From the NCBI GenBank assembly GCA_963713605.1, contig CAVQMO010000010.1, forward strand, positions 160,001 to 224,000: 64,000 nt of DNA, written 5' to 3'. Every line of letters starts with the position of its first letter. Positions within the stretch are counted from its first letter, which is position 1. The notes under the pieces were generated by a model that saw only the letters and a program-made list of their open reading frames with translations, made no database searches and was not told the DNA's origin. Of this stretch, positions 11,696 through 23,450 are shown piece after piece. The translations under genes and the position numbers were made by a program. Origin of the DNA: an uncultured Nitrososphaerales archaeon (lineage in GTDB: Archaea; Thermoproteota; Nitrososphaeria; Nitrososphaerales; Nitrososphaeraceae).

Positions 11696-12071
11696 ATATC
11701 CTTCAAAGTGACGCTTCACTTATTTAATCGAAAGGATACTGAGAAAGGCTATATCTTTGCAAGAATTAAGAAGTTGGATTTTAAGGGGTAATATTAGAAA
11801 TACGAAAACCATCAGCGTACTCTTTGCTATACTTAAGTACACTAGAACGTTAACTGATGTGTACATGTTTTCCTCCATCACGTGTTGAAGTTAGTACTCC
11901 ATACTCGAATCAGTAAGCAATGTTGAGAGAAAATAGTTCAAATTATTCGGGATTCTAGGATACAACAAACTATTAGCTACCACACATTCTCAGGTAATTC
12001 TGTCTTTCGATACCTAATTTAGAAATACAATAATACAACGGTAAGCATGATGAGTACTCATACTTGAACGC

Positions 12072-12245
12072 AAATTATGTGGAACACCTCTGATTCGCAG
12101 ACAGATAACTTGCCAAAATCATCACAGAAATTGGACGGTTTTCCTTCAAAAAAGATTCATTTCAGGCGTTGATAGAGGCAATAATCTATCAAGAACTCAA
12201 TGGAAGTGCTGCCTAACTCCATTTATGGTCGGTTCTTGACATATT
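12072..12245 (+). pseudogene. DNA-3-methyladenine glycosylase (AlkA-like) N-terminal relic
   Basis: Manual translation with stops: LAKIITEIG...FQALIEAIIYQELNGSAA.SIYGRF. Confidence 0.55.
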
Positions 12246-12322
12246 ATAGGATACCATGAGAGGTCACGTTATTCATCTACCTGAAACTCTATATACCACA
12301 ATTTAGAATATTCCGTCTAATT

Positions 12323-12916
12323 ATGCAGAACGGAACAGAAAATAAGGAGATGGATCTAAGAAAGGGATTTCTTAGATTAATACCGGTGCTGATTGCCATT
12401 ACTGTAACAAGCATTGTCGCAATCAATGTAAGTGTAAAACAGGACAGCTTTGCACAAGGGCAGTCGATGGATAACCTGACTTTAAGTAATGTGAGCATAC
12501 CCGTTTCAACTGGATTCATAGATGGAAAAATAGCGTACTTTATTGCGACCGATGCTTCGACACAAGAGGTTGCTTCTTCTGTATCTAACACCACAGGATT
12601 TAATGTAAACTACGCACCCACTTTAGCTAACACTTCTGACTCGGCCAGACAGCCAGGATTCGTCTTCGTTAATGGTTTTTCGGGAGAAGAAGGAGGACCT
12701 CTTGGTTCACAGTTGTCAGTTGCAACAGCAGTTCCAGGCGATCCTGATTATAGCCCCCTCTTTGACATTAACTATGTGCAATGGAATACGAATAATACCA
12801 GTGAGATCAGAATATTAAAATCAGCAGATGAAATATTTGACGCGCAACAGAAAGGAGAATTGACAATAACAAAATCAAATGTTGTTATCAACAGTCCAGC
12901 AATCGTCAAAGAATAG
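12323..12916 (+). CDS. Secreted hypothetical protein (thaumarchaeal family, possibly DUF7482-like)
   Basis: Signal/TM segment; YFIATDAS, PGDPDYSPLF, VVINSP motifs. Confidence 0.6.
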   Translation: MQNGTENKEMDLRKGFLRLIPVLIAITVTSIVAINVSVKQDSFAQGQSMDNLTLSNVSIPVSTGFIDGKIAYFIATDASTQEVASSVSNTTGFNVNYAPTLANTSDSARQPGFVFVNGFSGEEGGPLGSQLSVATAVPGDPDYSPLFDINYVQWNTNNTSEIRILKSADEIFDAQQKGELTITKSNVVINSPAIVKE

Positions 12917-13715
12917 CTAGAATGGTACCATCGATCTCTGAATGAGATTTCTATATCAAAAATTAGGCAGGACATCATAGATCCGATTCTAGGATTACCA
13001 ATTTCTGTATTTAACTCCGTCATTTTTCTTTTTTGTGGGGCAATTATTAGATGTTATATCTCACAACAAAAAAAGAAAATGAAGAAATTGGAAGTCCTAA
13101 AACTACATAATGAAGGGTACTGAGTAGTCCTAGAATAACGTGTAAATGGGTTGAGGCATGGAGTTAGGGACCTTGAGTTACAAAAGAAAAATCTTCATTA
13201 CGAATTGAACAATTTATGAGCAAAAATGGATAATCTTTCACCAGTGAGTCAGTAATATCCTGTTTATTAATTATTTTTTAATTTACCTCTGTCGTTACAT
13301 GATTCTTATTTTTTGATTGCACCTATATGTGTCGTGTTGTGCGCACATCTATTACAGATAAAAAATGGTCATCTAATGACCCATAGTAAACCATATCAAG
13401 ACCTTCATTTCGAAATGTCATTTAGTGTTTATAATCTCCGGTACGGATCTCGCTCTCGTTGTCCAGCAGTTCACAGAAAATTACCCCTTTCAGATCAAAG
13501 ATGTTTTTTGCCGTCGTACACCTCACCTTAGGTATGAGGATCCATCGATTAATACATGGACATATTTTTTTGCAGACGAAGACATAGGTAGAAAAGAAAT
13601 ACCTGCGGTAACATTCGGTAACATCTTAATTAATGTCACACGCGAACAAATGATCCATAGAGAAACACAGCTAATCATGTCAACAATATCAAGATGATCA
13701 GATACAAGTAAAAAG

Positions 13716-13886
13716 ATGGAGCTAAGGGCACAACAACTACACGATCAGGGACATTCTTACAGAGGAATTGCAAAGGAAACCCATCTATCTTTGAGAGTTA
13801 ATCTGGCCCAGAACAAGAGGAAATCTCCCTCATCGGCCTTGATTCATGATAAAAATAATACTCGATACTCGAGTATTACGACGTAG
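13716..13886 (+). pseudogene. HTH protein relic
   Basis: MELRAQQLHDQGHSYRGIAKETHLSLR; a similar relic (KKLEVLKLHNEGY*) lies near 13075-13125. Confidence 0.45.
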
Positions 13887-13905
13887 AATTGCAAGTAAAT
13901 AAAAA

Positions 13906-14382
13906 TTGGCTGTTGCAGGAAAAGCTTTTTTTAAAAGGTTTCATACTTCTACTTTAGTAATGTTCTCATCAACTAAGCCTTTGAGAGAAGTTGTCTTACA
14001 ATTGGCAGAAACCTTTAACGATCCGAAGATTAGGGAACTATCTTACTTTGATTTTTATGATGATTCATTGACTATTTATGGTTTTCCTCCAAACCTTCCG
14101 GCCAACAAAGGAGGTTTTAAACAGTTCATTTACCTTCTTTGGAAAGGATTTCCTGATATAAGAATAATATTTGAGGATCTCATTATTGAAGGAAATAAGG
14201 TTGCAGGGAGATACTATCTAGCCGGCACACACAAAGGTGAATTTATAGGCCTTCAGCCAACCGATAAGCAATTCAAGGTCAATGGTATGACAGTATTTGC
14301 TTTTCGTGATGCAAAAGTTATAGAGCGTTGGAACCTGGTAGATATGATGTCATTAAGGGAACAGCTAAGTTCCCAATCCTGA
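13906..14382 (+). CDS. SnoaL-like ester cyclase family protein
   Basis: GFPDIRIIFEDLIIEGNKVAGRY..GTHKGEFIGLQPT; true start may be internal (MFSS). Confidence 0.85.
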   Translation: MAVAGKAFFKRFHTSTLVMFSSTKPLREVVLQLAETFNDPKIRELSYFDFYDDSLTIYGFPPNLPANKGGFKQFIYLLWKGFPDIRIIFEDLIIEGNKVAGRYYLAGTHKGEFIGLQPTDKQFKVNGMTVFAFRDAKVIERWNLVDMMSLREQLSSQS

Positions 14383-15187
14383 TTTAGAAACTGTGAGGTG
14401 GATACGACAAACTTACATTCAATTGGAAAAAGTTTGCGTTACTATCTAGGGGAATAGAGTATGAAAGCACTATTTGAATTGGATATACCGTCTGCCCTAT
14501 TTATTCAAGCCCGACTATTGCATCTTCCAAACTCTTATTCTTTACTATGGTATTGCCTTAGTACCCGTAGCAACGTTTATCGCCAATTGAAATATCGCTT
14601 TTGAACGCTTTGGATACTATCATATACATATATAGAAGCAGCCACATTTGAAGATTCCCTAAGCAGCTTGAAGATTATATTTCCATATCGTTATCGACCT
14701 TGAAATGCGCTTAGACCTTCTAGTGGCTAATTAAGTTGCAATTAAGTTTCAATTAGACAGCTGCCTAGAGTCGTATTAGGTTTTGTAGAGCTTATACTAT
14801 TATCTGCAATAGCATTGGCACCTTTCTGCTTCATCATATATGCTGTAGATTGCATAGGTCCATCTATTATGGCATTAGCGGCATTTCCAGTTGTAACTCT
14901 AATTCCCAATCTCTAGCATTTTTCAGAAATTGATTTAACCTTTCATCTATAGACGTGGTTTGTGAAGTAAACAAATTTCCTAGCCTTTAAGCATTATTAT
15001 ATCAACACTGGTACCATATCATAAGCTTATTTTATTACCGCTCAAGACAATAAATCATAACAAACTCCATGACATTTATGAAATTAATACCCTCAATCAA
15101 CCTTCTGAATGGAGAAGGGTTCTAGATATTCCACTTCCTTCTAGATTATTAGCCTTTGACTTTAGAAGAATTTACTTTCTAGGGATT

Positions 15188-15211
15188 TATTATTATTATT
15201 ATTATTATTAT
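15188..15211. repeat. (TAT)n microsatellite
   Basis: About 8 consecutive TAT/ATT units. Confidence 0.7.
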
Positions 15212-15471
15212 TTTCTTTTCTTGCCTGACTATCAGTCATATTACATTTATCTCCCCGTTCTGCTTCTTCAAGGCCAAATGGTTGCCTGAAGATATAGAGT
15301 CTTTCTCTACGTAATCAAAGCATGTGAATAATATTTCAGCTGCCTGAGAGGAGTAGAGCTGAGAAGTTATACGCGATTGAGTGGAATAGATCTTGATATT
15401 TCACACTCAAACACTATTTTGTTCCTTATTTAGATCCGTAATCTTTCTCTAGATCAGTAAAGACAAACATA

Positions 15472-15825
15472 TTATGGAAAGGGAATTGCGTTAATAGTTG
15501 AAGGTATCAGAGATTCTATATTTGTACCCTTATCATTACTTTTAGGATTACTATTCCCAGCTACGACTTGACTAGCTCCCGATGTGCTATCAATATCGTC
15601 GATGCCGGTATCAATATTTTTCTTAGCTCCATCTAGAGCTTTAACAGAAGCAATCGCAAGGGATCCTATCTTATGTCCGGAAGGACATCCCAACAAATTT
15701 TGGATTTTAGGATCACAGTTGGGTTCCACAGCCAGGACCTTACCAATAGTGTATAAATTGGCGAAAGACATTCCTCCAGTTAAGGCTAAAACTAATAATA
15801 GCAAGCTCAATCCTGCCGTAGACAT
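15472..15825 (-). CDS. Small secreted hypothetical protein
   Basis: Signal peptide, Cys pair, C-terminal IPSTINAIPFP. Confidence 0.55.
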   Translation of the reverse strand: MSTAGLSLLLLVLALTGGMSFANLYTIGKVLAVEPNCDPKIQNLLGCPSGHKIGSLAIASVKALDGAKKNIDTGIDDIDSTSGASQVVAGNSNPKSNDKGTNIESLIPSTINAIPFP

Positions 15826-16183
15826 ATCTACATGCCATTATTTACAAATAAAGATAATTAATTTAATTAATGTAAAACACTTAGTTTTGCTATGTAAATA
15901 TTCTATCAATTCTACATCAGTAAGAAAACTAAATAGAAATAGATAGGCAACATGAATGCTCCGTAACAACATAATCCTACGTACCTTATATCGAAAGAGA
16001 AGTCGTAATCATGTTATATTCACATACAATCCACTTTTCAATCAAGCATCATATATAAGGTAAAAGTACCATTGATCCTAATTTAGATTAAGATTTTAGA
16101 TTTGGGATTATTCTCTGGAATATGATTATGCTTTTGATATCACTATTTCTTAAATGAAAGAATACAATTAGAATATCAAAGGA

Positions 16184-17099
16184 ATGATAAATAGTATTAA
16201 AGTGAATAGATGTATAACCGCAAAGACTTTTCCAACAATATTGGCTATATCATTACTATTGATATTAGTTAGCAATATAGTCGGTACACCAATCCTCTTT
16301 GAATATGCGTATGCAATCGAAGAATTCGATATAGATGTAGATGTTAAAGACAACGAGATTAAGCGTGGTGATACTCAACACATAACAGTTACTGTTTTCA
16401 ACGATGATTCTGGTAATCATGTATCAGATGCAGATGTCAAATTAACAGTATATCCTCCAGATAGTGATTCAACCTCGGCAGAGGATGAAACCGATAATGA
16501 TGGCGAGGCAACATTTGATGTGGAAATAGATGATAATGCGGAAACAGGTAATTATGATGTGGACGTAAGAGTGTCAAAGGACGGATATGATACAAAAACT
16601 GTTAGTACCTCGTTTGATGTTGTCGGGTCAGGTAATAACAACGACGACGATGATAATAATCATGATGGTAATGGTAATGACTCATCATCTTCAGCTGCGG
16701 CATCAGCTTCTTCAGGAAGTAGTGGTGGCAGTAGCAGCGCAGCGTCAAGTGCTAGTTCCTCAGATAATGACCATAATGACAATAATAATGACGGTGGCGG
16801 TAGTTCCTCCGCATCTTCTGCAGCTGTAGGAGATGCCGCATCAGCAGCGGCCTCTGCATCAGGTGCATCATCAGCCGGCAGCAGCTGCAGCAGGTAATGC
16901 AGCTGCAGCAGCCGCCGCATCAGGTGATGATGCCTCTTCGGCAGCAGCAGCAGCAGTATCCGAGAATGGAGGATCTTCGTCAGCTGCAGCAGCAGCAGCT
17001 GATGCGGCATCAGCGGCAGCAGCTTCTTCTAGTAACGATGAGGATGGCGATGATAAGGGAAGTTCGTCCTCGTCAGCATCTTCTTCAAGCAATGATTAG
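16184..17099 (+). CDS. Secreted acidic Ig-like domain protein with poly-Ala/Ser low-complexity tail; frameshift near 16877
   Basis: Signal peptide (AYA), beta-sandwich-like segment, then SSAAAAA repeats continuing in the 16833..17099 frame. Confidence 0.75.
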
Positions 17100-17587
17100 A
17101 GTTCCTAGTAGAGACTAAATTCCACAATTTTTATTTTTTGTTCACTAGATCCTAGATACCGGAATATTGTAGATAATCAGTAAAGCAAGTTAATTCATAG
17201 GCTCTTCATCTTTAACAGGTTAGGCATCAAAAGCTCTCATGCTCCTATGTTTTACTGCGTCTTGTTAGCGTTCACAAACCGCTCTTTTTCTAAATTGGTA
17301 GGAGTAGTATCGTTAATTTCATCTTGCTCCTTTTCTTCTCCAATTAAAATAGTTATGTTATCTATCGGGGTTGTGGAATTTGAATAATCCGTAGCTTGTG
17401 ACTGCTCCCATTAATCAAGATGCCACCTACCAGAAACATTCCTAACAATAACCAAATAACAAGTTTGCTCATACCCAAAGCATTATACCAAATGAATTAT
17501 ATAAGATCTTGTTGGTGTATGACATTGGTGCTTGGCAACTGTTTCATGCATTTGATGACCGAACTACCAATGATGATTTCTGACTTC

Positions 17588-17740
17588 ATCGCGTGATAAT
17601 CCAATTAAATGTAGCACGGGCACCATCTGGCTCTCCTTTCTCATCGATTGTACCCAGACGAACTAAAAGCTCAGGTGTTCTTAAGAATTCTGTCAATTCC
17701 TTTGCATTGAGTGGTGGTGTATATGATGAGTGTAAATACT
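17588..17740 (-). pseudogene. PPOX-like N-terminal relic
   Basis: PPLNAKELTEFLRTPELLVRLGTIDEKGEP then loses similarity. Confidence 0.45.
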
Positions 17741-17776
17741 CAAAAGAAATATATTTTTAGGATTGACAATTAAATC

Positions 17777-18603
17777 GTGCTATTGCCTGGAATAGTCGTA
17801 TTTATTGTGCTCATGGTACTGACTTACGCCTTAGTCACGTACCCGTCGCCCAGTGTAACCTCTGCAACTTCTACCTCAAATACCTCCTCCGATTCTATAC
17901 CTTCAGACTGAAGTTGTTCATTCATCGGAATCGATGAAAGTTCCTCCATCTGTTGGAACATTTGTGATTCTCATCCCTAATGAAGCGCATGAGAATTGGT
18001 CTGATGAAAAACATAAACTAATCACTGACAAGAATTCATATTATGTACCTACCAATCTAATTGTACCAAACGGAACTGCTATAGTTTTTTTACATGCTGA
18101 CGCTCCATGGGATACGCCTAATCCTCATACAATTGAATTACAGGATAGCGAGCGGAAATACTGTATATAATACTGGCCAATTAGATTATACGCTTAGCTC
18201 CAAACCAATTGTGCTCCCCTCTTCAGGAACTTATAATATAGTTGATAAGTCCTATGATACAAAGGAAGCAAAGATAACGGTTTTGGATAACGAAACATCT
18301 CATGGTAACAGCATAGTAGGAGGATTTTACACCCCAACTAACCAGGTAGAGAACACGGAGGATAACGATGGTGGATCGCATCCGGGGTCGCTTCAGTATT
18401 ATAAAGAGGCATTTAACAAAGATGGATTTGATATACTGAGTGAATACAATTTTACATATGCTACATGTGATTATTGTCCTGGAGAATATTGGCCTGACAA
18501 TAAATCTGGAGAGCACACATTGCTAATCTATAGTACAGAGCAATCACTTTCAGATGCGTTAGTTAAACTAGGAAAGTTGGTTAAAGACAATGTGTACGTA
18601 TGA
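17777..18603 (+). CDS. Exported protein with possible cupredoxin-like region, two frameshifts
   Basis: TM leader from GTG 17777; YVPTNLIVPNGTAIVFLHAD..PHTI; C-terminal CDYC motif. Confidence 0.5.
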
Positions 18604-19673
18604 TATCGTAAATGTGTAGATAGTGAATCTCTCAATTCTACTTTCAGGTAACTATACAGCATGCTCTATGTCCAGGCCGACCGTAATTCCACTTGTCTAC
18701 TCCTGCTTTCAATGCTGATTGTCTAACCTTTTCTTTAGCTGCTTCGCTGTGTAGTATTTCTAATTTTACTGCTGGAGTATATTTAAGATGACCTGATTTT
18801 TAGTGATTAATTTAGCTTATAGCGTTCTTTGGTTTCTGGATCATTAGCACAATACACTAAGGGATCATCTAAAGAGAACTCACCATTATCAAACATGATC
18901 CCTAATATTAATAAAATCTGTCCATTCAGGTTTGATGTTATTGTTGTATCTGTTTTTGATTTAGGATTAGCCAGTTACTTTTCCAGCATATTTAGTGTTG
19001 TATTTAACATCTCCGCCCAAATACGGTGGACAAATGCTTCTTGGAGATCTCTATTTTTGGCACACTCCTCAGCAGCAGCAAGTTCCCTATCAAAATGTAA
19101 AGCTAAAGAAACCTTGGTACTCAGCTTTGTGCTCCTTGATCTGCTCATCCAAACTTTGATCCATAATCTCATCTAAGCTTTGTAATCTCTTCTTCCTTTC
19201 TTCCGAGCTTAATGGCATATTAGTCAAGATGCCTCGGTGCACATTCCATATTTCAAGCTAACTAGTTCACTATCATGTATTTTGAATAAACTGATGTCAG
19301 AAATTTTGAATTAATTTTGAAAACTCGCACATGCCAAAGGGGATTCATAATAGACTTCGTGTACACGAGACAGGAATCATAGAAGTGGGTTCAAAATTGT
19401 AAAATGTATTAACATGCGTGACTAGAGGGAGAGACTTTTGTCAACTAATACCTAAACCAGAAGAACGACTACATATCACCTTATCAGTTTCAAGCTAGAC
19501 CATGATGTTCATAAGCGATTACCTACGATTACACAAGAAAGCATACTTAGACAATTATTACGTCGGACCTACTAACATTCTCGTTGTAACTAGGAATACC
19601 ACATGGAGACAGGTCAGCAAGTCCATCAAGAACTTTGATAAGTTAGTAGAACTGAATAAAACAGGAAAGCCAA

Positions 19674-20024
19674 ATGACCGCCTGGCAACAACAAACGGGT
19701 CCATTTCTTATTGCGATAGGTCTATGTCTAGGTTTAGGGCTAGCGACATACCCAGAAAATACATCCACATATGCATCCACAATAGCAGTTAACTCGACCT
19801 ACGAGGTTGAGGTGGAAAACATGACTTCAGAACAGTTTGATAGACTTATGAACGCTGAGTCTAAGGCCAACGATAAAGCAAACCAAATACTAAACAGTAT
19901 CCAGACCCTTGAGGGCCTTGACATCTATAGTAATGAATGTGGCTATTCGACGGAAATCAATCCATACAAAGTTATTGACTGCTATTACAAGAACCAGGAC
20001 AGAATCGAAAAAGCAGGCGAGTAG
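19674..20024 (+). CDS. Secreted/membrane hypothetical protein
   Basis: Signal-like N-terminus, 116 aa. Confidence 0.45.
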   Translation: MTAWQQQTGPFLIAIGLCLGLGLATYPENTSTYASTIAVNSTYEVEVENMTSEQFDRLMNAESKANDKANQILNSIQTLEGLDIYSNECGYSTEINPYKVIDCYYKNQDRIEKAGE

Positions 20025-20288
20025 GTGGGTAGGCAGATAAGAAGTGACTAAACTATAATCAGAACGATTGTCAAAAGGAGATTTAAGGTTTCTCCTGAAT
20101 CTGCTAGATAATGCAAAAGAGGAATCAAACACGGAGATTGAAATAGATGGGGACAATAAATCAGAAGCGACTGCTGCACTGAAAAGGATTAGACGTATAA
20201 GGCTAGCAGTGATTGATCTTGATAAGGAGTAGTTTCACAATAGCTTGACTGCAGCGGCAGAAGCGAAATGAAGTAAATAAAAAGAGGT

Positions 20289-20806
20289 TTAGCCACGATT
20301 TGATTGATTCAATTGCTTTTGGGCGTCTGTTAATGCTTCTGGGTCTACATTAGGGTCTACTCCACATTCTCGCTGCGATACAGAGTTACCTGCTGTTTCT
20401 GGTAATACTTCAGTATCTGGTGGCAGCATTTCATTTAGCATCGCTAACTCTTTACATAAGATTTGATTTTGTTCTACCTCTGATTGATTAGTAATGGGCG
20501 AGGAGTAAGCCAGCTGTAGCTGCATGCCCAAGAACATGAAGGCTAAGGCCATTATATATAATGTAATAGTCATCTTTCAGTTCCATCGGTGATTGTGGTA
20601 GAGTCTGTTTTATTAATAATCCTCTCTTGACACCCTGCTATTTCTTCAACTTCTTCCATTTCATTATTAGGTTTGATTATTCCACATTCGTCAACCATTC
20701 GACCTAGTGTGTCATTCTCTTCTGTCTGCTCCGGAGCGCCTAACATTAGTGACTCTGGATCTACAAACTTCTCTGCCAATGAATCCCCTGTATTGTTACT
20801 AACCAT
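20289..20806 (-). CDS. Two adjacent small acidic hypothetical proteins (20570..20806, 20289..20573)
   Basis: Overlapping stop/start; each carries a Cys pair with an ECG motif. Confidence 0.45.
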
Positions 20807-20906
20807 ACTACTATTTCCGCTTGATACATTTTCTATAAGAGACTTGCTGGGTATTAACTTATGATGCCTATAGCGAAATGATTGAAGAAAAACAAATTAA
20901 GGATAA

Positions 20907-21137
20907 ATGAGAAGATCAAAATTAATGCCTGAAAAGGAAGTCTATCCGACAAGAAATTGTGCAGGCTGCGGCAATCCTATTTTTTTGGATAAAGGCAACT
21001 ACATACAATTTGTCAGTACAAGTCAAATAAAATGGTATACACATAAAGATTGTTTTACTAAAAGTTTGAGTAAAGGGCTAAATGATTGGCTAGAGATAGA
21101 GATGAACTCCTACTTTAGAAGGATGGAAGTACACTAA
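20907..21137 (+). CDS. Small zinc-binding protein (CxxC...HxxC)
   Basis: CAGCGNPI...YTHKDCF. Confidence 0.55.
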   Translation: MRRSKLMPEKEVYPTRNCAGCGNPIFLDKGNYIQFVSTSQIKWYTHKDCFTKSLSKGLNDWLEIEMNSYFRRMEVH

Positions 21138-22042
21138 GCCTTTCTTTTTCCTTCTTTTAAATACATTTCTCCAAAAAAGGGGTTAATGAGTAGGCCACCT
21201 TTAGTAGCCAAAGAAATACAGATTAGTCATAATGGCACGACTTTTACAATTCAAGTTACATTAGTTGAGGAAAGTACTCAGAGTACCTCCACCATCACCA
21301 CGAAATGTTGTGCAGGATAATGACAGATATTCACACGCTGTTGCAAACTTCATCAAAGGTGTAGCTTCAATCTAAACACTACTTTAGGTTTATTAGGAAA
21401 TAGTGACTATCTTCCATTTGAGGCCTTAGGTTACACAGTCATAGGTCTTCACGATGATGGTGTAACAACCAATTTTTCAAATGGAAATGCAAAGGGAATT
21501 ACAGGATTAAGAACAATACCAATGCCATTATTACTGCCAATACACCAGTTAATATTAGAAATTTTTTCAAGATCTCATCATAACAAATGGTGTAACTGCC
21601 CCATTTATACCATAAGTCTGTGACCCAGTATTTTATGAAGTCTCTAATACTGGCAACAATAGCAGCGATGGCCCAATAATGCATATTAGTTACTTATCAC
21701 TAGAAATAGTCGTAGCACCAATTTTGCTCAAGAAAAAAGGCTGCGTGCACACGCGACGCAAACATATCTCTTAATCTCTCTCCACTATTCTGCATTTACA
21801 CCTTGACATCTCTCGAAGTCCTCATAATATCAACTATAAGAAGGTAATATCAGAAGTAGAAGAGACATATACATGTATACTGATCCTGACATAGTATGAG
21901 TGATATAGTCAAATCCTTATGCTGTCAAAGAAAGGGAGGCATGCCAATTCGATCTTAGGGAAGTGGGAAAATTAAGTCGGCTTATGTATTACAAATTAGA
22001 AACAGGATAATGCGGCCAGGGCGTAGTTAGTTGGTATATGGC

Positions 22043-22303
22043 TTAGACCACAATTGTTGCTTTAGCGAACCTATCTGCTACTTCATTTATCTCTACCTTT
22101 ATCTTATTTCCAAGTTTTCCATTTTCGACAAATATCACGAACCCTTGGATCTTGGCTATACCATCTCCTTTTCTACTTATTTCTGTGACGTCTACTTCGT
22201 ATTGCTTACCTACTTCGACTGGCTTCTGAATAGGGGAGCCTTTATTAAAGCCACCATGACTCCTACGTGTACTATAAGACATTCGTAAATGTTGATTAGT
22301 CAC
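22043..22303 (-). CDS. Single TRAM-domain protein (archaeal RNA chaperone)
   Basis: KPVEVGKQYEVDVTEISRKGDGIAKIQGFVIFV; likely start at MSYS. Confidence 0.92.
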   Translation of the reverse strand: MTNQHLRMSYSTRRSHGGFNKGSPIQKPVEVGKQYEVDVTEISRKGDGIAKIQGFVIFVENGKLGNKIKVEINEVADRFAKATIVV

Positions 22304-22659
22304 TCTATTTAAACTGGACCGTGAAGGTTGTTCTAGCCAATACTATGAAGGGTTTTCAATCCGGCCTACATAAAAAACAGCAAAATCTTTTCTTGCTCCT
22401 CACACTGGGGCTCACATGACACTGACCTAAAAATATTAAGATGTTTAGTCTTGAATCCGCAGATTAGACTATTGGAATTCTAAATAAATTGAAAGATAAT
22501 GGAGTAGTACGATTTTCCATAATTTGTAATCTTAGTTTGATGAAAGGATTTGTTGTATTTGGACTGCTAATCTATGTTAACAATAACTATGTCCACACGA
22601 TTCTTTTAACCTGCCTTGTTCCACTGCCAAGTAATTGTAACAGGCTTTATACGTACCAG

Positions 22660-23415
22660 TTAGTTCTTTCTTAGTGCAAAGAATATGGAAGTGTAATCAA
22701 GGCATGTTTCATTCCAATGAATAACTTTTTCTCCGTGTGTAAAATCTATTGGTTCAGTAAGAAGGAAACCGTTCCGTTCTGCAATTCTAATTACGTCTTC
22801 CTCTATTTCTTTTCTGCTGAAAATATTATCAGGCGAATTCTTAGGGTTTATGTCCGTATTAACTAGATTGACTATCTTATCAGGCCAGTAGTCTGTCGAT
22901 GTCAAAAGTAATCCACCTTTTTTTATTATTCTATTCATTTCTTTGAAATAGTTCTGAATATTAACACCATGTTCGATTACTGATAAAGACGTAACGAAAT
23001 CAAATGTATTGTTTTGAAATTCAGTTTTTTCTAGATCTTGAACCGAAATATCAAATGTGTTATACAATTCGATTGCGGCTGATACTCCCTCTTTTAAGAA
23101 CAAATCACATCCATATAGGTTCATAAAACCAAGTCTCCTCAGCAGAGGCAAAATCGGAGAACCGTTACATCCCACATCTAGTACAAACACACTTATGTTT
23201 GCTTGCTTTATTATATCAATCATTTTAAGTGTATCCCATGACTTTACTCTATCATGATGTGGAAATAGACCAAGAGAACGAAGGCATTTCATGGCGTGAT
23301 ATACTTCAAAGGAGTTTTTAAGAACAGAATTGTATCCCATCGTTTCAAAGGATTTACGGAGTAATTTAAGTTTACTAACTGGCATCAGATCTTTCATTAA
23401 GGGCGACTCATTCAT
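22660..23415 (-). CDS. Class I SAM-dependent methyltransferase
   Basis: VLDVGCNG, FDFVTSLSVIEHG, KKGGLLL. Confidence 0.85.
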   Translation of the reverse strand: MNESPLMKDLMPVSKLKLLRKSFETMGYNSVLKNSFEVYHAMKCLRSLGLFPHHDRVKSWDTLKMIDIIKQANISVFVLDVGCNGSPILPLLRRLGFMNLYGCDLFLKEGVSAAIELYNTFDISVQDLEKTEFQNNTFDFVTSLSVIEHGVNIQNYFKEMNRIIKKGGLLLTSTDYWPDKIVNLVNTDINPKNSPDNIFSRKEIEEDVIRIAERNGFLLTEPIDFTHGEKVIHWNETCLDYTSIFFALRKN

Positions 23416-23450
23416 TTTCTTAAATTACGTTTTAGAATTTTTGTAATCTG

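Noticed and set aside
16587..17118. Alternative-frame ORFs (poly-Q, poly-L, antisense poly-A)
   Set aside because: Shadows of the GCA-rich low-complexity tail of the 16184 gene.
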